In this document: in pieces, positions 7,712 to 17,476 of the stretch | Numbering within the stretch: the first letter of the stretch is position 1 | Layout of the letters: each line of letters starts with the position of its first letter | Source: Candidatus Nanohalobium sp. | GTDB taxonomy: Archaea > Nanohalarchaeota > Nanosalinia > Nanosalinales > Nanosalinaceae | DNA length: 26,601 nt | Assembly: GCA_042216335.1 (NCBI GenBank) | Contig: JBDGTY010000005.1 | Location: forward strand, 1 to 26,601 | Direction: 5' to 3' | Program-made: the position numbers and the translations under genes | The notes under the pieces: model-generated | What the model saw: only the letters and a program-made list of their open reading frames with translations | Told to the model about the DNA's origin: nothing | Databases searched by the model: none

Positions 7712-10240
7712 TCACTTCAAAATCAAGTCCCTCTGCGGTAGTTCGTCAGGATTTGCGTCGACAGGGAATCGTGAGTCGATGTACTCGTTGATTTCATCCA
7801 GTTTTTCCTGCAGGAATTCTTCCATCTTGTCGGCGTCCTCCTTGAAATAGTTCTCCATGCGGAAGTCGACCAGTTTCTTCAATGCTTTCTTCACTCCTTT
7901 CTCGACGTACTTGTAGTCTCCCACCTCCTGCTTGGCAAAGTCCTCGAAGTCCTGGGCGAACTCGGTCTGCAGCAGCCTGTCCTTGTCGAACTTTTCCGGT
8001 AGCTCCCGGTCTTCCATGAAGTTTCTGTACTGCTGGTAGCCTAGTTTTTCTAGTGTCTTCCTTCTGTCGTTGGACTTTGCTACATCTCTTATCATGTACT
8101 CGAAAACTTCCATCGAGGCTTTCTTCTCCGCCAAAGTCTCAGGATGATAGGTTATCGTGGTTTCTACTTCTGCGTCTCCGCCGTTGACTGCGTCGCCCAG
8201 GTCGTTGAGGAAGTGGAGGAAGGTGAACTTGATCTTTCCGTCGACGTGCTGCCTGTGATAGGTTATGTAGAGAAGTGGCTGGAAGTCGGGGAAACGCTCG
8301 TCCCTATAGAGGTCGGGATGTGACTTCTTCAGCACTTTCTGCACTGACTTTTTCCGGCCAGATTTATAGTCGACTAGGTGGTTTTCGTCCAGCATCAGGT
8401 CGATCTTGCCCTTGACACCCATGTCAGTGTCCTTGAAGTATGGTTCGGTTTCCAGGTCGCCGTTGCTGCCCGGGAACTCCTGTATGAAAACGTTCTCCTC
8501 GTCCTCCGTCGCGGTGTACTCCTCGTCCAATCCGACACTTTCCAGCTCATGCTCGTCCAGAAAGTCCCGTATGTTCCTGACACCTATCCGGAACTCCGTC
8601 TCCAGATCCTCCATGTCGAGCTCGTCGGCGAACTCCTCTATCTCATCCTTCATCAACCCGACAACTTCACTCAACGATATTTCATCGGCTTTCTCCGGGT
8701 TACATGCGACGTACTCGGCGTACATGTGGAAAAAGTTGCCCTTCTCGAACTTCTCCTGATCGGCATCGCTCACAAGCCTGTCCATGTAGAATAATCTTGG
8801 AGACTGGACAAAACTGTTGAGCCCGGACTGACTGACCGTCTCGACTTTCTCAATATCCACATTATAGTTTTCTGTCTTGAAGCCGTCCTCTTCCGGTTTT
8901 TTCTCCGGCCTCACCTTCTCATTCGGCAGTTCGGAGAAAGAAGTGAACTCCTGATCGATTATCTCGTTGAAGTAGAAGCACGGCATTATCTCCCCGTTTA
9001 ACTCCTGGTCCTGGACAAGGAAGTAAGATTCTCCGGACTGGATCAGCGACTTGAAGTCTTTCAGGTGTTTCTCCTCCTCTTCCTCCCTGATGACCCATTC
9101 CCTGTCCTCTATCTCCCTCATCCAGTCGGTACTCAAGCCGACATGGAACACGTACTTCCTGTCGACCTGTGAAACCTTTGTAGGATCGGCGAGAAGCACT
9201 CCGCCATCCCTCTCCTCTGCCTGAACCTCGAAGCTGTCGAGGTAGTACCTTATTTCGTTGACCGCCTGCTGAGAAACCTGTTCTTCCTCAATTCCCAGCT
9301 CTGAGACGATCTCGTCCATGCCTGTCTCCCTCTCTGTCAGTTCATGGTACTTTTTCACGGCGTCGGCGAAGTCAAGATACTTTACCGCATTCAGGAAGTC
9401 CCTGAACTCCTCACCCTCATTGATATCCTCCAGCCTCCGGTTGTCGTGTTTCTGCGGTATCCTGATATTAAGCTGCTCGATAATAGGCCGGACATCCTTC
9501 ACCCTTACCTTGTCACGTGTCAGCCCTGTCTCAAGTAGTGAAAGGAAAGTTCTGACGTCTTCATCTTGCCTTGCGTGCTGCCTCCTCTGGAACGTGATGT
9601 CCTCGGCCTCCAGCACCGATTTTATCAGCGGCTCATACTTCGAACCCGGCTTCACCGCTACACCTACTTCCTCCGGATCCATTCTGGAGATGTTTTCCCT
9701 GAGGCTCTGTGCGATGTCCGACGCGGAGGAGAAGATACGGAACTTTCCAAGCTCCGCTTCTTCATTGGAGAAAGCCTCTATGCTGTCATATTCCTTAGGA
9801 AGGATCTCTCTGTCGATGCCCGTGAACTGGTACCCCTTCAGGACCGCCACGTTTTCGGCCTCGATCTCGAACCCTCCGATCTTCTGGTACGGCGTGTCTT
9901 TATCCCTCAGTATCTGGATTATCTTCCGGACTTCCTGAGTGTCGAACCCGTCGTAGTTCAGTATCTTTTCGAGTTCTCCGGTGTGTTTCCAGAAGCTGAG
10001 CACGCTGTTCAAGAGATAGGAGGTCTGCTTCCATGTCAGCCGGGTTTCCTCGACTATTTCCAGGAAGATCTTTTTCCGGAAGTCCCCGGCGTCGACCAGC
10101 TGCATCGGCGTGAAGACCCTATCAGTTTCCAGGCGGGTGTTGATTGCGTCGGCGAGCGAGGCCTCGACGGTCAGAACCAGGTCGTAGTCCTCAACTATAT
10201 GACTGATTTCTTCAGGGCTGTAGGCTTTCTCAACTTTCAC
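7712..10240 (-). CDS. PD-(D/E)XK nuclease family protein (AddB-like)
   Basis: C-terminal VSQSGLNSF, GNFFH, GKIDL..VDYKSG and FQPLLY; long N-terminal region without a Walker A; start GTG at 10240 assumed (the track gives 10282). Confidence 0.85.
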   Translation of the reverse strand: MKVEKAYSPEEISHIVEDYDLVLTVEASLADAINTRLETDRVFTPMQLVDAGDFRKKIFLEIVEETRLTWKQTSYLLNSVLSFWKHTGELEKILNYDGFDTQEVRKIIQILRDKDTPYQKIGGFEIEAENVAVLKGYQFTGIDREILPKEYDSIEAFSNEEAELGKFRIFSSASDIAQSLRENISRMDPEEVGVAVKPGSKYEPLIKSVLEAEDITFQRRQHARQDEDVRTFLSLLETGLTRDKVRVKDVRPIIEQLNIRIPQKHDNRRLEDINEGEEFRDFLNAVKYLDFADAVKKYHELTERETGMDEIVSELGIEEEQVSQQAVNEIRYYLDSFEVQAEERDGGVLLADPTKVSQVDRKYVFHVGLSTDWMREIEDREWVIREEEEEKHLKDFKSLIQSGESYFLVQDQELNGEIMPCFYFNEIIDQEFTSFSELPNEKVRPEKKPEEDGFKTENYNVDIEKVETVSQSGLNSFVQSPRLFYMDRLVSDADQEKFEKGNFFHMYAEYVACNPEKADEISLSEVVGLMKDEIEEFADELDMEDLETEFRIGVRNIRDFLDEHELESVGLDEEYTATEDEENVFIQEFPGSNGDLETEPYFKDTDMGVKGKIDLMLDENHLVDYKSGRKKSVQKVLKKSHPDLYRDERFPDFQPLLYITYHRQHVDGKIKFTFLHFLNDLGDAVNGGDAEVETTITYHPETLAEKKASMEVFEYMIRDVAKSNDRRKTLEKLGYQQYRNFMEDRELPEKFDKDRLLQTEFAQDFEDFAKQEVGDYKYVEKGVKKALKKLVDFRMENYFKEDADKMEEFLQEKLDEINEYIDSRFPVDANPDELPQRDLILK

Positions 10241-10291
10241 ATCGGGAACTTGTCGGCATAATTCTTTAACGATGCTGCCCAAATCCTGTGT

Positions 10292-11218
10292 ATGATAGAA
10301 CTGGTTCTCGGCGTTGCGGTGCTATTTCTGGGCGGAGGAGTGCTTTTTCTCGGAAAAGAACTGAAGGAATTGAAACAGGTGCAGGAGGATACCGAGCTTG
10401 AGGTCGACCCTGACAAGATGAGAGGTGCTATCTCCGAGTCATGGCAGAAGCTAGAGCTGGACAAGACCATCGGAAGCGTCGAATCACAGATGGAGAGCGT
10501 TCAGGAGCAGACCAAAGAACTTGAAGAACTGCACCAGGGCATCGAGACCATGCTGAAATCCAACCAGCAGAGAGGAGAGTTCGGGGAGAGAAAGCTGGAG
10601 ACGATACTTTCCGAGCATCTTCCTTCTTCCATGTACGGTTTGCAAGAGCAGGTCGTCGGGACGAAGAAGCCGGACGCATACATAGACTCCTCGGCCGGAA
10701 AGATATGCATCGACGCCAAGTTCCCCTTGGACCGCTTCAGGAAGATGAAGGAGGCAGAAGACGAGGACGAGAAACAAAGACACAGGAGGAAGTTCCGGAG
10801 CGCGGTGGAGGACACGCTGAGCCAGGTCGCGGACAAGTACGTCAAACCAGAGAAAGGCACGACCGACTTCGCATTCGAGTTCGTACCCTCCGAAGCAGTC
10901 TATTATTACTTGGTCAAGGAGGAGTACGACCTGCTGCAGAAATACGTCAAGAAAGGAGTACAGGTCTCCTCACCTTTGACACTGGGCCACAAGCTGGAAC
11001 TGGTCAAGTCCGACCTGCGGATGGAGGAACTGACCGAAAGAGCGGAGGAAGTGAGGGAGGAGCTGGATTCACTCCAGTCCGAGTTCCAGAGCTTTGAGCA
11101 GGACTGGAAGACCTTTTACGACTCGCACCTGTCACACCTGACCTCGAAGGCGGATGATTTAAATTCGGATTTCAGAAGTCTAAAACAGGGCTTTGATCAG
11201 GTCAACTTAGAGGAATGA
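10292..11218 (+). CDS. rmuC: DNA recombination protein RmuC
   Basis: N-terminal TM plus coiled coil, RGEFGE..LE.IL, PDA, IDAKFPL, KYV.P..TTDFA.EFVPSEAVY and SPLTL. Confidence 0.93.
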   Translation: MIELVLGVAVLFLGGGVLFLGKELKELKQVQEDTELEVDPDKMRGAISESWQKLELDKTIGSVESQMESVQEQTKELEELHQGIETMLKSNQQRGEFGERKLETILSEHLPSSMYGLQEQVVGTKKPDAYIDSSAGKICIDAKFPLDRFRKMKEAEDEDEKQRHRRKFRSAVEDTLSQVADKYVKPEKGTTDFAFEFVPSEAVYYYLVKEEYDLLQKYVKKGVQVSSPLTLGHKLELVKSDLRMEELTERAEEVREELDSLQSEFQSFEQDWKTFYDSHLSHLTSKADDLNSDFRSLKQGFDQVNLEE

Positions 11219-11222
11219 AAGT

Positions 11223-11558
11223 ATGAATTTAGTAGATGATGTCAGGCGGTTGAATGCTGTGATGTTGCTGTCTTCAACTTACGGCTTCTTCTCGCTGCTG
11301 GGTGCCGCGGGAGCAAACTACGTTTTCGGACCCTCTGCTGGTTTCTCAGTGAGTGTTTCAGCCGTGCCTTATATGTACGTTGGATCGTTGCTCGCCTTAG
11401 GACTCTACATTTACAGGAGAAAGATGGAGGCGGAGAAGTTCTCAAAGTACGACAAGTTTGCCCTGCTGATCTCGATACTCACTCTCGGCGTCTCAGCACT
11501 CGCCATATTCATCACTCCTGGCCTTGGACTGACAGGCTACGACACTGACACCTATTGA
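11223..11558 (+). CDS. Hypothetical membrane protein (about 3 TM)
   Basis: Three hydrophobic stretches; starts 4 bp after rmuC. Confidence 0.7.
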   Translation: MNLVDDVRRLNAVMLLSSTYGFFSLLGAAGANYVFGPSAGFSVSVSAVPYMYVGSLLALGLYIYRRKMEAEKFSKYDKFALLISILTLGVSALAIFITPGLGLTGYDTDTY

Positions 11559-11612
11559 CGCCGCAGGCAAAAACTTTAAACCAGCTTCTCCAAGTGTTCT
11601 GTGTGATTTAAG

Positions 11613-12344
11613 ATGGACTTCGAGAACAAGGTTGCAATCGTGACAGGAGGTTCTTCAGGTATCGGAAAAGCAGTAGTTGAGAGACTGGCGTGGGAGGGCG
11701 CTGACGTCGTCATAGCCGATGTGGACGAGGAGAAAGGCCGGAAACTGGCCGAGGAGACGGACTCAACTTTCCATGAGTGCGATGTATCCGAGTTCGGAGA
11801 TGTCGAGAGGGTCGTTGAGGAGACCGTGGAGCAGTTCGGAAAGCTGGATATAATGGTCAACAACGCTGGCATAGGCTCCGTAGAGGGCATCGAGGACATG
11901 GATATCGAGGACTACGAACAGATCAGGAGCGTCGACCTCGACGGAGTAGTATACGGGTGCAAGGCCGCGGCTCCGCACCTGAAGGACACCGAGGGCTGCA
12001 TCATCAACATGGCCTCCATCTACGGACTGGTCGGTGACGTGGGCTCAACAGCATATAACGCAGCCAAGGGAGGCGTCGTCAACCTGACCCGCTCCGTAGC
12101 CGATGACCTCGCACAGCACAACGTCAGGGTCAACTCGGTCTGCCCCGGATTCGTCGACACGCCGATGACAGAAGAGATTCAGGAAGACGAGGAGTTCATG
12201 GCGCACATCGAGAACATGACGCCGCTTGGAAGGATGGCGGAACCAGAGGAGATCGCCTCAGTTGTCACATTTCTGGCCTCAGAAGAAGCATCTTACGTCA
12301 CTGGTGTCAACATGCCAGTCGACGGCGGATGGACCAGTCACTGA
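11613..12344 (+). CDS. Short-chain dehydrogenase/reductase
   Basis: TGGSSGIG, NNAG, YNAAK, VNSVCPG and VDGG motifs. Confidence 0.95.
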   Translation: MDFENKVAIVTGGSSGIGKAVVERLAWEGADVVIADVDEEKGRKLAEETDSTFHECDVSEFGDVERVVEETVEQFGKLDIMVNNAGIGSVEGIEDMDIEDYEQIRSVDLDGVVYGCKAAAPHLKDTEGCIINMASIYGLVGDVGSTAYNAAKGGVVNLTRSVADDLAQHNVRVNSVCPGFVDTPMTEEIQEDEEFMAHIENMTPLGRMAEPEEIASVVTFLASEEASYVTGVNMPVDGGWTSH

Positions 12345-12380
12345 CTTAATCGTTAAACATTTTCTATCCACTTCTTTTCC

Positions 12381-13556
12381 ATGAAGCGTATCGAAGATGC
12401 CCTGCACGGATACATCAGGTTAAACGATAAGGAGGTCGAGGTTCTGGATTCTCCCGAGGTTCAGCGTCTGCGGCGTATACGGCAGCTTGCCCTTTCCTCA
12501 ATGGTTTATCCTTCCGCCAACCATACCCGTTTCGAGCACTCTCTGGGAGTGATGCATTTTGCAGGAGAGTTCGCTGAAAGCCTGGAGCTCTCCGAGGAAA
12601 TGAGGCAGAAAGTGAGGTACGCTGGACTGCTTCACGATTCGGGGCACGGCCCTTTCTCACATGCCTCTGAGGTCGTGGCGAAGAAGAAGGGCTATTCCCA
12701 CGAGGATCTCTCATGCAAGGTGATTGATGAACTGGAGGACACGATACCTGTTGAAACCGGAGAGATCAAGCAGATGATACACGGAGAACACCGGTTGAAG
12801 GTTGTGGCCGGAGATATCGACGCAGACAGGCTTGACTACCTGCTCAGGGACGCACACTCCTCGGGACTGGAGTACGGGATGATCGACCACAAGACCATAA
12901 TCTCGTCGGCTGAGAAGCGCAATGGAGAAATGGTCTTTGATGAGAGAGCAGTTCCAGCACTGGAATCGTTGTTCACTTCCCGTTTCCACATGATCAAGAC
13001 ACTATACTCCCACCACGCAGCCACGATAGCCGAGAAGATGCTGCAGAGAAGCCTGGAAGCACTGCTTGAGGAGAAAACCGTGGAAGAAGTCATGAAAATG
13101 GACGACTGGGCCGCCCATACCGAGCTACTGAACTCAGAGACAGAGGCAGCCGATATCTATTCCAGGATCAAGGACAGGAACCTCTACAAGACCGCAGTGG
13201 ACTGGGGAGAAGACAAAGTAACCAGAAACGGCCTCAAAGTCATGGAAAAAAGGATAGAAGAACCCAGAAAACTTGAAGAAAAGATAGCAGAGGAAGCAGA
13301 TGTTCCAGCGCACGAAATCATCATAGACCCGCCCAGAACACCACGCATACATGACATAAACGTGAAGATCAACTCAGGCGAATCAGTGAAAAACCTTCAG
13401 GAAGTATCTCCGATACCGGAGTCACTGAAGGATGCAGAATGGCGAACCGTGTCTATGAAAGTCTACACACCTGAAGAAAAAGTTGAAGGAGTCAGGGAAG
13501 CCTCGGAAAAAGTACTGAAAAACTACAGAAACGCGCTCGAAGACTACAAAGAGTGA
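12381..13556 (+). CDS. HD-domain phosphohydrolase (SAMHD1/dNTPase-like)
   Basis: D.LHGYI, QRLRRIRQL, HTRFEHSLG, LLHDSGHGPFSH and DADRLDYLLRD. Confidence 0.93.
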   Translation: MKRIEDALHGYIRLNDKEVEVLDSPEVQRLRRIRQLALSSMVYPSANHTRFEHSLGVMHFAGEFAESLELSEEMRQKVRYAGLLHDSGHGPFSHASEVVAKKKGYSHEDLSCKVIDELEDTIPVETGEIKQMIHGEHRLKVVAGDIDADRLDYLLRDAHSSGLEYGMIDHKTIISSAEKRNGEMVFDERAVPALESLFTSRFHMIKTLYSHHAATIAEKMLQRSLEALLEEKTVEEVMKMDDWAAHTELLNSETEAADIYSRIKDRNLYKTAVDWGEDKVTRNGLKVMEKRIEEPRKLEEKIAEEADVPAHEIIIDPPRTPRIHDINVKINSGESVKNLQEVSPIPESLKDAEWRTVSMKVYTPEEKVEGVREASEKVLKNYRNALEDYKE

Positions 13557-13969
13557 TGAAGCTGGAAGAACTCAGCGAAGGCGACAGAGTACTCTTCAAT
13601 GACAGGGCGACGCCGCTGGAGGTAGAGAAAGTTGATGAAGACGCTGTGATTGTTGCCGGGCCGAAAGGTGGAGAGTACGAGTTATACGAGGATGACGGCA
13701 CGTTGCTTGTCTGCAAGAAAGGGAGCCGACGCTACTCCAGCTACTGCGAGGATCTGAGGAAGGTCGGAGAGTGGAAGAGGGATGGAGACGAGTGGAAACA
13801 CTCCAAGACCGGTGTCAGGGTCTGGCTTGAGGAGGACGACAATGGCTTCTGGACCGTCGAGTCTGATACTTTTGAGCCAGATAATCCGATGTACGGTTTT
13901 TCCTCGAAGGAGTTTGCGGTTGAGGAGGCCGAGAGTATAGTTGAGGGTAATCCTGCTGGAGAGGCGTAG
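13553..13969 (+). CDS. Hypothetical protein (haloarchaeal-like)
   Basis: Acidic ORF overlapping the HD gene stop; GDRVLFNDR..PLEV..GPKGGEY N-terminus. Confidence 0.75.
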   Translation: MMKLEELSEGDRVLFNDRATPLEVEKVDEDAVIVAGPKGGEYELYEDDGTLLVCKKGSRRYSSYCEDLRKVGEWKRDGDEWKHSKTGVRVWLEEDDNGFWTVESDTFEPDNPMYGFSSKEFAVEEAESIVEGNPAGEA

Positions 13970-14002
13970 TGCCTTTTTATTCCAGGCCGACTAATTTAGT
14001 TT

Positions 14003-14365
14003 ATGATAGAGGATTTTTCTGGCAGCCTTATTCTACGCGGTAACAAAGTACTGATGTTTTACAACGACGAAGAGGATTTCTGGGACGTTCCCTCCGGGAA
14101 GCGTGAGAGCGGCGAGCTTTCGGCCGATGCGGCCTCCCGGGTTTCGGAGCAGTTCACGGGGTGCAGCTCGGAAGTGCTGAAGTACCAGGGAAAGTTCAAG
14201 ACTACGTTCGAGTCATCCGAGGGAGAGGCGACCTGGCAGCCGTACATGGTGGAGATCTCAGGGAATCCTGAGGAAGGTGAATGGGTGAACAAGGAGGAAA
14301 TCCCTTCAAAGCAGCTTTCCCCGCCGCTGCAGAACGTCAGCGAGAAGCTGGCTGACAAACTTTAA
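14003..14365 (+). CDS. Nudix-fold protein with a degenerate Nudix box
   Basis: WDVPSGKRESGELSADAASRVSEQFTG. Confidence 0.75.
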   Translation: MIEDFSGSLILRGNKVLMFYNDEEDFWDVPSGKRESGELSADAASRVSEQFTGCSSEVLKYQGKFKTTFESSEGEATWQPYMVEISGNPEEGEWVNKEEIPSKQLSPPLQNVSEKLADKL

Positions 14366-14426
14366 ACCCCTATCTTTTTCTTCCTGGGGCGAAAAGGTTT
14401 AGAACCTCCCTAACAGTATCTCATGT

Positions 14427-16448
14427 ATGAAGACCCGGTTTTCCATCCTCCTGGCAGTGATTTTTCTTGCACCTCTGGCATCAGGCCATGCCGGTGAAAC
14501 CCATTCCGCTCAAAATTCAGGCAGATCAAGTGGTTTTGCCACAGCAGAACAACCCTGTAACTTCCGGAAGTCGGATTGGAGAAGTCCTCAGGTTATAGGA
14601 GATGTCGATGTTTCTGCCTCGGAGAGATGCAGCCCGGACAACCCGTTTACTGTCGCTGCCTCGGTCAAGGGCACGAACAACGTCGGGAAAAAAGTTCTGA
14701 TGAGGTCCGGTCTCTCCCGTGATGCAGTGGTGAAGTCAAGTGATCTGGACGGTGACGGAGACCCTGACAGGATCAATATCAGTATCGAGGTGATGGGAAT
14801 AAACGAGTTCAACCAGAGCAGTGTAGATTATGCGATAGCTCCCGGAATTAAGCCGGCTTTCTGGGTTTTTGCACCTAAGACCCGTGGGATGGTACACGAT
14901 GGTTCCAGGGCAAGCAACCTGTTGAGGATGCCATCTCCGACGATACGTGTCGAGGAGGGCGACCGCGTCAACCTGAAGGTTCACAACACCCACTACATGC
15001 CACACACGGTTCATCTGCACGGCGTTGACCACAGGTTCAACTCCTCGAGAAGGGGAAACGACGGCGTACCTGTCTTCAGCGAGAAGCCGATCCCTCCGGG
15101 AGAGTCAAGAACCTACGAGTTCAGTCCGGACGAGGAAGGCAACATGATGTATCACTGCCACGTCGTGCCCAACGTCCACGTATTGATGGGTTTGAACGGC
15201 ATGTTCAAAGTGGTCGAAGAACAGGAAGATAACAGAGTTCAGACCCTGAACATCGGCGCGGGAAAGGTCCGGCACCAGGGATCTGTGACAGGCAACTTTT
15301 CCTCAGCCTACGACCTTGTATACACCGCCATCGACAGAAAACTCCATAGCATACCACAGAAGTTCGACGACACGCGGAAGGTGGCGAGGCAGATCAATCG
15401 CGTATACGACATAACCGATAACTCGGCAGACTACTTCCTGCTAAACGGCAAGTCCTTCCCCTACACCCTCAGGGACTCCATCATCAACGTGGAGAAGGAC
15501 AGCCGCTACAAACTGAACGTCCTTAACGTCGGCAGAGGCACACTGTCGCTCCACACCCACGGCCACAAGTTCAGGAAAGTCGCGGTCGATGGCGTGGAAC
15601 TCGAGAACCCGGTGCAGAGGGACGTCCTCTCATTGACACCAGCCCAGAGAGCCACGTTAGTTCTGAACACGACGGTTGACGGCCTGAATTCCTACGGGGA
15701 AGGAGTCTGGATCATGCACGACCACAGGGAGGAAGCGGTCACGACCGACGGAATCAGCATGGGAGGAGACATATCCGCCATAGTCTACGAGGACTACCTC
15801 GCCGAAAACAAGATGCCGGAAACCATCTCATCCCTCAAGAAATACTTCACAGCACAGTACTACGAGGGAGAGATACCGTACTTCCGGAAGATAGACGCAG
15901 GAACCTTCGGAAGCCCACCTAACCAGTCCGCACCGATAGTCCTGAAAGAAAAGGTGTCCGGAAAACCCGGAAGAGCCGACATGCGGATTAAGATGAAGAA
16001 AGGCGGAACAGTGACCAACCAGAACACGGAGAAACTCCCGTCTGGCTGCCAGAAGATACATGGAGAGAAAACGATCCGTGTGAAGGCCGGTGAACAGTTC
16101 GCAGACGCTGGAGAGACATTCAGCTACTCCAGGAAAAACTACACGATCAGTAGATGCGTCAAGACGACCGTAGTATTCAACAACACCGACGAGGTCAGGC
16201 ACCAGTGGATGGTCCACGGCCTCCCAGAGGAAACATACCCCGGCGGCATGTTCAGCATCGAAGCCTTAGGCGGAGAGACAGTCAGGGGGACATTCATAAC
16301 GCCGGGCAGAAGGAAAGAACTGAACCTTCACTGCTCGCTGCCCCAGCACCAGCAGAAAGGAATGGAAGGCAGCATAAAGATAAGCAAAGATGAAAAAGCC
16401 GGGAAAGACAGTCAGTCGTTGATCGAAAGAGTTCTCAGCCTATTCTGA
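14427..16448 (+). CDS. Secreted multicopper oxidase (two-domain MCO plus C-terminal cupredoxin)
   Basis: Signal peptide; HTVHLHG, YHCHVVPNVHVLMG, LHTHGH, MHDH; C-terminal HQW...HCSLPQHQQKGM. Confidence 0.9.
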   Translation: MKTRFSILLAVIFLAPLASGHAGETHSAQNSGRSSGFATAEQPCNFRKSDWRSPQVIGDVDVSASERCSPDNPFTVAASVKGTNNVGKKVLMRSGLSRDAVVKSSDLDGDGDPDRINISIEVMGINEFNQSSVDYAIAPGIKPAFWVFAPKTRGMVHDGSRASNLLRMPSPTIRVEEGDRVNLKVHNTHYMPHTVHLHGVDHRFNSSRRGNDGVPVFSEKPIPPGESRTYEFSPDEEGNMMYHCHVVPNVHVLMGLNGMFKVVEEQEDNRVQTLNIGAGKVRHQGSVTGNFSSAYDLVYTAIDRKLHSIPQKFDDTRKVARQINRVYDITDNSADYFLLNGKSFPYTLRDSIINVEKDSRYKLNVLNVGRGTLSLHTHGHKFRKVAVDGVELENPVQRDVLSLTPAQRATLVLNTTVDGLNSYGEGVWIMHDHREEAVTTDGISMGGDISAIVYEDYLAENKMPETISSLKKYFTAQYYEGEIPYFRKIDAGTFGSPPNQSAPIVLKEKVSGKPGRADMRIKMKKGGTVTNQNTEKLPSGCQKIHGEKTIRVKAGEQFADAGETFSYSRKNYTISRCVKTTVVFNNTDEVRHQWMVHGLPEETYPGGMFSIEALGGETVRGTFITPGRRKELNLHCSLPQHQQKGMEGSIKISKDEKAGKDSQSLIERVLSLF

Positions 16449-16450
16449 GA

Positions 16451-16900
16451 TCACGCCTTCTTCACTTCTTCCTTCAGTTTCTCCAGGTCCGGAAGGTTGT
16501 GCGGGTCGTTCATGACCTGCTTATATGCGACTTCACCATCTTTTACGAGGAAAACCGCTCTCTCCGCGATCTCGTGGCCAGTATCAGGGAAAACTGTTTT
16601 GACCCCGTACTGCTCAGCGATCTCTTTTGACGTATCGCTGGCCAGCCTGAAGTTCAAATCATTTTGTTCAGCGAACTCTTTCAGCGCAAACGGAGTGTCA
16701 ACACTGATCCCCACAACTTCCGCTCCGAGCTCATTGAAATCCTTCATCTGGTCCCTGAAACTACACATCTCCTCTCTGCACGGAGGAGTGAACGCGCCCG
16801 GGAAGAACGCAAGCACGGTCTTTCCCTCCCCTCCAAAGCTGTATTCCTCGATTTCGCCACCCTTCACAGAAGCCGTCGAAAATCCCAACCCGCTCACCAT
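16451..16900 (-). CDS. Peroxiredoxin (AhpC/TSA/redoxin family)
   Basis: FFPGAFTPPCREEMC, GISVD, LASD and RAVF; start moved to MVSGL at 16900. Confidence 0.92.
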   Translation of the reverse strand: MVSGLGFSTASVKGGEIEEYSFGGEGKTVLAFFPGAFTPPCREEMCSFRDQMKDFNELGAEVVGISVDTPFALKEFAEQNDLNFRLASDTSKEIAEQYGVKTVFPDTGHEIAERAVFLVKDGEVAYKQVMNDPHNLPDLEKLKEEVKKA

Positions 16901-17041
16901 ATACCTGTAACCGGGCCGAGCACCTTTCAACCTTGCCATAAACCACCCTTCCGACCACGACCATGCTTCCGGAAATACCTTGTCCTGGTTCAGTCGCTCA
17001 GTAAGCGCCTCTTTATTAACCAGAGCAGACAAGTAGGAAAT

Positions 17042-17311
17042 ATGACGCTTTACGAGTTCTACGGCGACGGCTGCCCGCACTGCGAAAAGATGGCTCCAAA
17101 AGTAGAGAAACTCGAAGAACAAGAAGAAGTAGAGGTCGAGCAGCTTGAGGTCTGGAACGACCAGGAAAATGCGGAGAAACAGCAGGAACTCGATGATGGG
17201 AAATGCGGTGGCGTACCGTTCTTCTACAACACAGAATCGGAGGAATGGATCTGTGGCGAGGCCGAGATGGAAGAACTGAAGACCTGGGCAACCGGCGGAG
17301 AAGTAAACTAG
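17042..17311 (+). CDS. Thioredoxin/glutaredoxin-like protein
   Basis: FYGDGCPHC, CGGVPFF and ICGE; ATG at 17042 downstream of a TTTATTAA box. Confidence 0.88.
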   Translation: MTLYEFYGDGCPHCEKMAPKVEKLEEQEEVEVEQLEVWNDQENAEKQQELDDGKCGGVPFFYNTESEEWICGEAEMEELKTWATGGEVN

Positions 17312-17357
17312 TTATCACTTACAAAATCAGGTAGACTCCAGTTAGAGGTGAACAATT

Positions 17358-17456
17358 ATGGGAGACGACGATGACAATGTATGCAAGGCCTGCGGTTCAA
17401 GCTTCGATACAGAAGAAGAACTGAAGGAGCATGCCGAAGAAGAACACGATAAGTAA
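17358..17456 (+). CDS. 32-aa C2H2 zinc-finger microprotein
   Basis: MGDDDDNVCKACGSSFDTEEELKEHAEEEHDK: C-x2-C-x3-F-x5-L-x2-H-x4-H; GAGGTGA SD at 17345-17351; below the ORF-track cutoff. Confidence 0.85.
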   Translation: MGDDDDNVCKACGSSFDTEEELKEHAEEEHDK

Positions 17457-17476
17457 GGGTAGAGAATTCTTTTTCC

